Below, in pieces: positions 8,779 to 15,673 of a stretch of DNA of 24,000 nt; the first letter of the stretch is position 1, and each line of letters starts with the position of its first letter. This stretch comes from Bacillales bacterium UBA7476 (GTDB lineage: Bacteria > Bacillota_I > Bacilli_A > RF39 > UBA660). The notes beneath the pieces were generated by a model. The model had not been told where the DNA came from and made no database searches. It saw only the letters and a program-made list of their open reading frames with translations. The stretch lies in contig DLOU01000020.1 of NCBI GenBank assembly GCA_002477275.1, forward strand, positions 21,781 through 45,780, given 5' to 3'. Made by a program: the position numbers and the translations under genes.

Positions 8779-9003
8779 ATGAATAGTATTTATATTTATG
8801 ATGATGAAAATAATAAAATAGAGATGGAAGTAGTGACTATTTTCAAGTTTGCTAATAATATTTTTAATTATGTTATTTATTCTGATAAAAATCGTGATAA
8901 TTATTATGTAGCTAAATATATTTATGAAATAGATGAACTAATTACTGAATTTACGGAAAAAGAACTTGAACTTTGCAATACTATTTTAGAGGGGGTAATT
9001 TAA
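8779..9003 (+). CDS. Small DUF1292-like protein
   Basis: The ATG at 8779 follows AGGAG (8769-8773). The pattern IYIYDDENNKIEMEVVTIFKF....YVIYSD......YVAKYIYE..ELITEFTEKELELCNTILE resembles the DUF1292/UPF0473 layout. This call is from memory only. Confidence 0.55.
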   Translation: MNSIYIYDDENNKIEMEVVTIFKFANNIFNYVIYSDKNRDNYYVAKYIYEIDELITEFTEKELELCNTILEGVI

Positions 9004-9004
9004 T

Positions 9005-10729
9005 ATGAAAGAATTAAAGGTAGATAAAAATCATAAAAGAGTTGATGCAAGTAAAATTGGTAGTCCTTTAAAAAGAATATCTTCAGGTCTTTTAGGAACG
9101 GTAATGGCTTTATCGATGTATTCAGGTACAGTTCCAAAAGTTGCTGCTGATGAAATACAGAGTGATAGAAGTATTGTTTCTTATGATGAGGACGAAACAA
9201 GAGAACTTAGTTTAGGAACTGGTACACATCTTCTTGCACCATCAACTAAAGAACCTTATACACCTCAATCTGTAAGCGATTATAAAGATTCAATAAATGT
9301 TTCTTTTTATAGTTCTGGGTATGATTTAACTGATTTAAAATATTTTAAGAATGCTAGTAAGATATATTTTAATTATAATGATGTATTTGAACAATATGAT
9401 TTTATAGATTCTCTTCCTGTAATGCCAAGTATAGAAAGTGTTAATTTTATGTCTACCTTTGGAATGGAATTTACACAGGAAGATGCAGACAGGTTATTAG
9501 AAAAATTTCCAAATATGAAAAAACTAAATTTAGGTGATGCAACATATGATCCTTCAATAGTTGAAAATATGACATTTTTGGAAGAATTAACTATCAATGA
9601 TGCGTTTAATTGTGATATTGATTTTACTAAACTTACTTTTTTGAAAAAAATAGTATTCAATGTTAAACCTTATAATTTAGCTATATTTTTAAATTCTAAT
9701 GAATATGCCACTCTTATAAAAAATGGTGTTGAAATTGAATTTCCTGAAGGAACTAAAGAAACTTATTTAGAAACTTCAAAGAAACTTGATGATATTGTAG
9801 AATCCCTTGGGTTATCAGAAGATAGTACTGAAAAAGAAAAATTTGATGCTGTTCTAATTTATATTCTTGAAAACTATGAGTATGATCCTACTGTTCAAAA
9901 AAATACCGAGTTAGGCGTTAGGGATGATAAATTAACTTCTTCATTTTATAAAGATGGTAGGTTATATGCTATTTTTAATGAAGATACAGCAATATGTGGA
10001 AACTATACAGCTTTATTTGAAGCACTTTATGATAGATTGTTTCCACCAAAAAAATCATATTTTTTATATAATGAAGATCATGCATGGAACTTAGTTAATA
10101 TAGGAGGAACATGCTATTATGTTGATTCTACTTGGTTAGATGGAGAAAAAATAACAGAACAAATAGAGGAATCCTATGAGGAAGATGGAATGTTACACAC
10201 TAGTATTAGTTTTGAGACAATTTCTTCTGAAGAAGCAATTAAAAAGGGTAAGACTGATGATTTGATATGGTATATGAATGATGATGCTGATTATGATAGA
10301 GAATATCATGTTCCAATGATTATGCCTAGCTATATGTTTTCACAAGATGTTGAAGATGAATATGTTGGACATGTTGAAGATGTTTCAAGCAGTAAATCTT
10401 CATCTGAATTTGTAAGTGAACATGAGGAAGTAGTTGATTCTTCTCAGAAGAAAGTAAAACTAAATATAAATGGTAAGGTAATTGTTTGTAGTTTTGGAGC
10501 ACTTGTTGGAGTTATGTCTGCAATAGGACTAGCTGTTCATGTTAATAAGAAAAAACAACGTGAACTTAAGAGAAAAAGACAGTTGCAAGCTCAATTAGAT
10601 GATGCAGATTATGATTATTCTGGATATGATTATTCTGGCTATTCGTCTGATTATGGGCAAACAGAAACTACTTCTTATGGTATAGATTATGGTTATTATA
10701 ATGATTCATCTTCAGGTTATAAAAAATAA
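9005..10729 (+). CDS. Surface-anchored transglutaminase-like (papain-fold Cys-His-Asp) protein
   Basis: The SD GGGGGT precedes the ATG. There is an N-terminal signal-like segment (GLLGTVMALSMYSGTVPKVAADE). The transglutaminase core triad context is ICGNYTALFEALYDR (Cys codon 9995-9997), DHAWNLV (His 10079-10081) and YYVDSTW (Asp 10124-10126). A C-terminal TM (VIVCSFGALVGVMSAIGLAVHV) is followed by a basic stretch and a Tyr-rich tail. Confidence 0.75.
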   Translation: MKELKVDKNHKRVDASKIGSPLKRISSGLLGTVMALSMYSGTVPKVAADEIQSDRSIVSYDEDETRELSLGTGTHLLAPSTKEPYTPQSVSDYKDSINVSFYSSGYDLTDLKYFKNASKIYFNYNDVFEQYDFIDSLPVMPSIESVNFMSTFGMEFTQEDADRLLEKFPNMKKLNLGDATYDPSIVENMTFLEELTINDAFNCDIDFTKLTFLKKIVFNVKPYNLAIFLNSNEYATLIKNGVEIEFPEGTKETYLETSKKLDDIVESLGLSEDSTEKEKFDAVLIYILENYEYDPTVQKNTELGVRDDKLTSSFYKDGRLYAIFNEDTAICGNYTALFEALYDRLFPPKKSYFLYNEDHAWNLVNIGGTCYYVDSTWLDGEKITEQIEESYEEDGMLHTSISFETISSEEAIKKGKTDDLIWYMNDDADYDREYHVPMIMPSYMFSQDVEDEYVGHVEDVSSSKSSSEFVSEHEEVVDSSQKKVKLNINGKVIVCSFGALVGVMSAIGLAVHVNKKKQRELKRKRQLQAQLDDADYDYSGYDYSGYSSDYGQTETTSYGIDYGYYNDSSSGYKK

Positions 10730-10756
10730 TCCACAATAATTGTGGATTTTTTTTTT
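10729..10756 (+). terminator. Rho-independent terminator
   Basis: ATCCACAA (10729-10736) pairs with TTGTGGAT (10740-10747) around a 3-nt loop, followed by a 9-10 nt T-run. Confidence 0.75.
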
Positions 10757-10784
10757 GAATTTTATTCTTTTTCTAAATCCTTTA

Positions 10785-10793
10785 TGATACAAT
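10785..10793 (+). promoter_or_regulatory. Extended -10 promoter element upstream of ftsY
   Basis: TGATACAAT has the TGnTACAAT form. The -35 is only weak (TTCTTT at 10765-10770). Confidence 0.4.
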
Positions 10794-10820
10794 AATATCG
10801 TATATTAAGGAGATGAAATA

Positions 10821-12173
10821 ATGGGATTATTTAGTAAGATAAAAAAGATGTTTTCTTCTAACGAGGAAGAAATCGAAGAAGAAGAATTGAATGAAGAGGA
10901 AGAATTAGAAGAAATTGAAGAAGATTCTGAAGAAACCCAAGAAGTAGAAGATGAATTTGAAGAAAGCGATGAAGATTCTGAAGATGCCCAAGAAATAGAA
11001 GAAGATTCTGAAGAAATCAAAGAAGAAATAATTAATGATGATGAATTAGAAGAATTTGAAGATGAGATTAAAGAAGAGGATTCTGAAGTTCTAGAGGTTG
11101 AAGAAGAATTAGATAATTCTGAAACTGAATTAGAAGATAGTAAAAAAGAAGAACATTCTTTATCAAAAAAAGAATTAAAAAAGAAGAAAAAAGAAGAAAA
11201 AATATTAAAAAAACAACAAAAGAAGGAAGAAAAAAGAAAGAAACAGTTAGAAGAAGTTCAAATATATGAAAAGGGATTAACAAAATCTAGAGAGGGATTT
11301 GTTAGTAAACTTGCTTCTCTTACAAATAAGTATAAAAAAATTACTGATGATTATTTTGATGAACTTGAGGAAACGTTAATCATGGCAGATATTGGTGTTA
11401 ATACTGTTATGAATTTTATGGATAGATTAAGAGATAGAGTTAAACATGAAAAAATAGAAAATACTGAAGATTTAAAAGAAATAATAATAGATGAACTTTT
11501 TATAATTTATGTTAATGATGATGTCTTAGTAAATAAAATTAATTTTAACGATAATGGACCTACAGTTGTTTTGTTTGTTGGTGTTAATGGAGTAGGAAAA
11601 ACTACTACAATTGCTAAAATAGCTTCTAAGATGAAGAAAGAAGGAAAAAAAGTACTTCTTGTTGGTGGAGATACATTTAGAGCTGGTGCAGTACTACAGC
11701 TTGAGGATTGGGGTAAAAAAATTAATGTTGATTTCTATGGAAAAGAACAAGGTGCTGATCCAGCAAGTGTTGTTTTTGATGGATTAGTTAAAGCAAAAGA
11801 AGAAGATTATGATTTAGTATTAATTGATACAGCTGGTAGACTTCAAAATAAAGTTAATCTTATGAAAGAACTTGAAAAAATAAATAGAGTAATTGGTCAG
11901 CAAATTGAAGGAGGACCACATGAAACACTTCTTGTTGTAGATGCAACAACAGGACAAAATGGTATTAGTCAAGCTAAGAGTTTTAAGGAGATTACTAATA
12001 TTACAGGTATTGTACTTACAAAACTTGATGGAACTGCTAAAGGTGGAATTGTACTTGCTATTAAAGATGAAGTTAATATTCCTGTTAAATACATAGGTCT
12101 TGGAGAAAGAGAAGATGACCTTCAAGTATTTGATATAGAAAAGTACATATATGGATTATTTAAAGATTTATAG
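10821..12173 (+). CDS. ftsY: Signal recognition particle receptor FtsY
   Basis: The N-terminus MGLFSKIKKMFSS is amphipathic and is followed by an acidic low-complexity region of about 100 aa. The NG domain shows GVNGVGKTTTIAK, DTAGRL, TKLDGTAKGG and GLGEREDDL. The SD is AAGGAG. Confidence 0.95.
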   Translation: MGLFSKIKKMFSSNEEEIEEEELNEEEELEEIEEDSEETQEVEDEFEESDEDSEDAQEIEEDSEEIKEEIINDDELEEFEDEIKEEDSEVLEVEEELDNSETELEDSKKEEHSLSKKELKKKKKEEKILKKQQKKEEKRKKQLEEVQIYEKGLTKSREGFVSKLASLTNKYKKITDDYFDELEETLIMADIGVNTVMNFMDRLRDRVKHEKIENTEDLKEIIIDELFIIYVNDDVLVNKINFNDNGPTVVLFVGVNGVGKTTTIAKIASKMKKEGKKVLLVGGDTFRAGAVLQLEDWGKKINVDFYGKEQGADPASVVFDGLVKAKEEDYDLVLIDTAGRLQNKVNLMKELEKINRVIGQQIEGGPHETLLVVDATTGQNGISQAKSFKEITNITGIVLTKLDGTAKGGIVLAIKDEVNIPVKYIGLGEREDDLQVFDIEKYIYGLFKDL

Positions 12174-12182
12174 GAGTTTATT

Positions 12183-12725
12183 ATGAGTAAAAAGAAAAAA
12201 GAAGAAGAAAAACTTGAAGAAGAATTAAAAGAATCAGAAAAGAAACCTGAGAAGAAAAAAGAAGTTAAAAATACAAAAGAAAAAGATAATGTTTCTTCTA
12301 ATGAAGAAAATAAAGATAAAAAAGACAATAAAAAAAGAACTAAAACAGATGATTATTATGATGAATTAACTAAGGAAAATAAAATTGTAGATATAATTAA
12401 AGAAAAAGATGGGGAAGAGAAAGAAGAAATTGAAACAGAAGAAGAAAAAGAAAAAGTTTTAAAAGCTCAAAAGAAAATAACAAAATCTGATATGTTTTTT
12501 CTAAATATCCAATTATTTTTTTCGATTGGTACTTTTGTTTTAGCTATTATATATTTCTTTAATAAGAATTTGATGTTTGTATTACAGATAGTACTTGGTT
12601 TAACAATGATTGTTACTGGAGTTAATAATATAAAAGTATATAAAAGAAAATCGTTAACTGTATTTTATTTTGCTTTAGGTATAGCGCTTCTTGTTCTTTC
12701 TGTTATTACTATGTTAGGAAAATAA
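12183..12725 (+). CDS. Lys/Glu-rich membrane protein (about 100 aa charged N-terminus plus 3 predicted TM)
   Basis: The ATG lies 6 nt after an AGGAG that overlaps the ftsY TAG stop (TAGGAG). The TM segments are FFLNIQLFFSIGTFVLAIIYFF, MFVLQIVLGLTMIVTGV and VFYFALGIALLVLSVITMLG. No family recognised. Confidence 0.7.
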   Translation: MSKKKKEEEKLEEELKESEKKPEKKKEVKNTKEKDNVSSNEENKDKKDNKKRTKTDDYYDELTKENKIVDIIKEKDGEEKEEIETEEEKEKVLKAQKKITKSDMFFLNIQLFFSIGTFVLAIIYFFNKNLMFVLQIVLGLTMIVTGVNNIKVYKRKSLTVFYFALGIALLVLSVITMLGK

Positions 12726-12726
12726 T

Positions 12727-13017
12727 ATGGAAGAAATTGTTTATTATTCTGAATTATATGATTTATATAAAAAATTATTAACTGATAAACAGCAAGAATA
12801 TTTTGAGGAATACTATTTTAATAATTTATCGCTTAGTGAAATATCAAATGATTTTGATATAAGTCGTAATGCTGTTTCAAAACAACTTGCTGTTATTAGA
12901 GAAAAACTTGATGAATATGAATTAAAACTAGGTTTATATAAGAAGTTAGAACAAATAAAAAAATCTGTTGATGATGAGAGATTAAAAGATAAGATTATTG
13001 ATATATTGTTATCATAA
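12727..13017 (+). CDS. ylxM: YlxM/UPF0122 putative HTH protein (SRP-operon associated)
   Basis: LYDLYKKLLTDKQQEYFEEYYFNNLSLSEISNDFDISRNAVSKQL matches the B. subtilis YlxM pattern (LFDFYQSLLT.KQ..Y..LYY..D.SLGEIAEE..VSRQAV). It starts 1 nt after the upstream stop. Confidence 0.85.
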   Translation: MEEIVYYSELYDLYKKLLTDKQQEYFEEYYFNNLSLSEISNDFDISRNAVSKQLAVIREKLDEYELKLGLYKKLEQIKKSVDDERLKDKIIDILLS

Positions 13018-13058
13018 TTTTACCTTTTTTTATTTAGTTTTTTATACTTAACTTTTAC

Positions 13059-13087
13059 TTGCAAGTTTACTATATCAATAGTATAAT
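13059..13087 (+). promoter_or_regulatory. Strong sigma-A type promoter of the HerA-like gene
   Basis: TTGCAA (13059-13064), a 17-nt spacer, then a perfect TATAAT (13082-13087). Confidence 0.6.
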
Positions 13088-13123
13088 TGATATGATAGGG
13101 AAAGAGTAGAAAGAGGGACAATT

Positions 13124-15604
13124 ATGTTTGATAAGATAGTCTATATTAGTGATAAGGGTGCTAATGTAAAATTAAAAGCAGATGCTGATTTAACATTTAA
13201 CTTAATGAATTTACATGTAATTTTTGAAGATGCGGAAAAAACAGTTTTAGGAGAAGTAGATGATCTTGATGGAGATTTAGTTAAGATCAGGTTTTTGGGT
13301 GAAATAAAAAATAATAGGTTATATGGTGGTACTTTAAGAAAACCTACTCTTGATGCAAGTTGTCGTGTTATTAATGAAGAAGAAATTCCTCTTGTTACTG
13401 GTAAAGATGAATCAGGTTTTATGCTTCTTGGAAATAGCCCTTTCTATAATGATAGAGAAGTTTTCATGAATGTAAATGGATTCTTTAGTAATCACTTTGC
13501 TATTATGGGAAACAGTGGTTCTGGTAAAAGTTGTGGTGTTAGTAGAGTATTCCAAAATATGTTTGAAGACCAAAGATTGTTCCCTTATAAATCAAATATA
13601 ATTATGTTTGATTCTTCTGCTGAGTACTATAATGCTTTTAAAGATTTGTCTAGTATTAATTCTAATTATAACTATAGATTTATTTCCACAAATGAAATAG
13701 ATCCGTTTGCTGAAAAACTAAGATTACCTATTTACCTTTTAAATGAACAGGATTTAGCATTATTACTTAATGTTACAAGTCATTCCCAATTGCCAATTAT
13801 TGAGAGAATGTTAAAACTTGCTAGAATTTTTTCTCAGACAGAAGTAGATGCAAATGCTTATAAGAATCACTTAATAGCTAAAGCTATAATGACTATTCTA
13901 TATACTAATGAAACTTCTCCAAATAAGAGAAATGAAATATTTTCAATTATAGCTTCTTGTTCAACACCAGAGTTTACTTTAGAGTCAGTAATTCAAGGTG
14001 CTGGTTATACAAGAAAATTTAGAGAGTGTTTCTTAATAGATCAGTTTGGTAACTTTACTGAAAGTGTACTTATGACTGAGTATTTAAATAAATTTATTAA
14101 TCCAGATTTTGATAATTATGAGCCTGAAGGAAGTGTTTTCTTTGATTTAGATACATTAGAAAAGGCATTAAACTTTACTTTAATTAGTGAAGGTTGGTTA
14201 AGAAATCAAAATACTTATGGAGATTCTGTTACAATTAGAGTTAGACTTCATTCATTAATTGTTGGTCCTAATGCTAAATATTTTGAATATCCTGATTTTG
14301 TTACTCTTGAACAATTTATTTCTTCATTGTTAATTACTAATGGTAGAAAATACCAATTTGTTAATATTAATTTAGATGATGTTGATGATGTTTTTGCAAA
14401 AGTTATTGTTAAAATTTATTCAAGATTAATATTTAGTTTTGCTAAAGGATTATCTAATAGAGCTAGTATTCCTTTCCATCTAATTGTAGAAGAAGCTCAT
14501 AGATATATTCAGAACGATACCGATACATTCTTAATTGGATATAATATATTTGACCGTATTGCAAAAGAAGGACGTAAGTATGGTGTAATTCTTGGTTTAA
14601 TTACTCAAAGACCAGTGGAAATGAGTGATACTGTTATTTCTCAGTGTTCTAATTTCTTAATATTTAAGATGAATCACCCTGCTGATGTTGAATATATTCG
14701 TAAGATGGTCCCAAATATTAGTGATGAAATTGTTGAAAAACAAAAAACACTTCAATCTGGTACTTGTTTAGCATTTGGTATGGCATTTACTATTCCATTA
14801 ATAGTTAGGTTAAAAATGCCTAATCCAGAGCCTAAGAGTGGAAACTGTGATGTTGTTAGAATTTGGGATGGTAATGCTGGTGGCGGAGGAAATAGTATTC
14901 AAACTCCACAACAACCTCAAGCACCTCAAAAGAATGAAGAACCTGTACAACCTCAGATTCCTCAAATTCCTCAAGGATTACAACCTATACAGAATCCTAA
15001 TGATTTTAATCCAAGTAATCCCTTTACTTTGGGACAACCAACTGATGCTCCTCAATTAATGGGAAATACTAATAATCAAGGGAAAGAAAGTAATGGATTA
15101 AATTTGATGGGAATGAATAATAACGGATTAAATTTAATGAGTCAACCGGAAAACAATGAAAATAATAATCCAAATAATGATGGTAATAATGGATTTAATT
15201 TGATGAGTCAACCAGAAAATAGTAATAATACTAGTAGTGATGGTGGCAATGGATTTAATCTAATGAGTCAGCCAGAAGATAATAGTTCTTCTAATGGTCT
15301 TATAAAGAGTGCTACTCCTGCTTCTGATGATAATGGTTCAAACCCATTGATGCAGCCATATAATAGTGTTCAAAATTATAATTCTAATGTTGATGATGGT
15401 GCATTAAATCCTAATAACTTAGAAGTTCCTAATCCTGGAAATATTCCATTAGGTTCTCAGAATTTTATTAATACGACGGATAGTTTATCTCCTAATATTG
15501 AATTACCTAAACAACAACCTCAAATTATAATTCCAGGTGGTCAAAATTTCTCACCTAGTTTAATGGAAGGTTTTGGAGATGCTGCTGTTTCTACAGGAGA
15601 ATAG
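13124..15604 (+). CDS. HerA/FtsK-superfamily (DUF87-like) ATPase with a long disordered P/Q/N-rich C-terminal tail
   Basis: Walker A is HFAIMGNSGSGKS (13508-13531) and Walker B is PFHLIVEEAHRY (about 14480-14506). IAKEGRKYGVILGLITQRPVEMSDTVISQCSNFLIFKMNHPADVEYI is typical of HerA. The N-terminus is barrel-like (VKLKAD...LGEVDDLDGDLVKIRFLGEI). The tail starts near nt 14870. Confidence 0.85.
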   Translation: MFDKIVYISDKGANVKLKADADLTFNLMNLHVIFEDAEKTVLGEVDDLDGDLVKIRFLGEIKNNRLYGGTLRKPTLDASCRVINEEEIPLVTGKDESGFMLLGNSPFYNDREVFMNVNGFFSNHFAIMGNSGSGKSCGVSRVFQNMFEDQRLFPYKSNIIMFDSSAEYYNAFKDLSSINSNYNYRFISTNEIDPFAEKLRLPIYLLNEQDLALLLNVTSHSQLPIIERMLKLARIFSQTEVDANAYKNHLIAKAIMTILYTNETSPNKRNEIFSIIASCSTPEFTLESVIQGAGYTRKFRECFLIDQFGNFTESVLMTEYLNKFINPDFDNYEPEGSVFFDLDTLEKALNFTLISEGWLRNQNTYGDSVTIRVRLHSLIVGPNAKYFEYPDFVTLEQFISSLLITNGRKYQFVNINLDDVDDVFAKVIVKIYSRLIFSFAKGLSNRASIPFHLIVEEAHRYIQNDTDTFLIGYNIFDRIAKEGRKYGVILGLITQRPVEMSDTVISQCSNFLIFKMNHPADVEYIRKMVPNISDEIVEKQKTLQSGTCLAFGMAFTIPLIVRLKMPNPEPKSGNCDVVRIWDGNAGGGGNSIQTPQQPQAPQKNEEPVQPQIPQIPQGLQPIQNPNDFNPSNPFTLGQPTDAPQLMGNTNNQGKESNGLNLMGMNNNGLNLMSQPENNENNNPNNDGNNGFNLMSQPENSNNTSSDGGNGFNLMSQPEDNSSSNGLIKSATPASDDNGSNPLMQPYNSVQNYNSNVDDGALNPNNLEVPNPGNIPLGSQNFINTTDSLSPNIELPKQQPQIIIPGGQNFSPSLMEGFGDAAVSTGE
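15092..15310 (+). repeat. In-frame tandem motif repeats inside the HerA-like tail
   Basis: The copies are NGLNLMG (15092), NGLNLMSQPEN (15122), NGFNLMSQPEN (15188), NGFNLMSQPED (15248) and a degenerate NGLIKS (15293). The nucleotide spacing between full copies is 66 and 60 nt. Confidence 0.8.
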
Positions 15605-15623
15605 TTTATCTATTCTCTTTTTT
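15597..15623 (+). terminator. Rho-independent terminator after the HerA-like gene
   Basis: GAGAATAG (15597-15604) pairs perfectly with CTATTCTC (15610-15617) around a 5-nt loop, followed by TTTTTT. Confidence 0.75.
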
Positions 15624-15627
15624 AGGG

Positions 15628-15657
15628 TTGTTTTTTAAGTACAAATTACTTTATAAT
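15628..15657 (+). promoter_or_regulatory. Candidate promoter of ffh
   Basis: TTGTTT (15628-15633), an 18-nt spacer, then a perfect TATAAT (15652-15657), just after the upstream terminator. Confidence 0.35.
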
Positions 15658-15673
15658 GGTATTGGTGATATAT

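Noticed and set aside
10102-10113. Strong internal AGGAGG followed by ATG inside the transglutaminase-like gene
   Set aside because: The ATG is out of frame and hits a stop after four codons. The AGGAGG simply encodes Gly-Gly in IGGTCYY.
10805-11283. Repetitive GAAGAA-rich DNA with near-duplicate 20-nt segments (for example around 10914 and 10996), plus antisense Ser-rich ORFs
   Set aside because: This is the acidic low-complexity N-terminal domain of FtsY (EE.EEDSEE units). The repeats are codon-level composition, not a discrete repeat element. The antisense ORFs are shadows.
13124-15604. HerA-like ATPase as part of a known defence or repair system (HerA-NurA, Sir2-HerA, DUF4297-HerA) or a mobile island
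   Set aside because: There is no nuclease, Sir2 or DUF4297 partner and no integrase or transposase on either side. The flanks share only T-rich terminator-like sequence, not convincing direct repeats. It is reported as an orphan instead.
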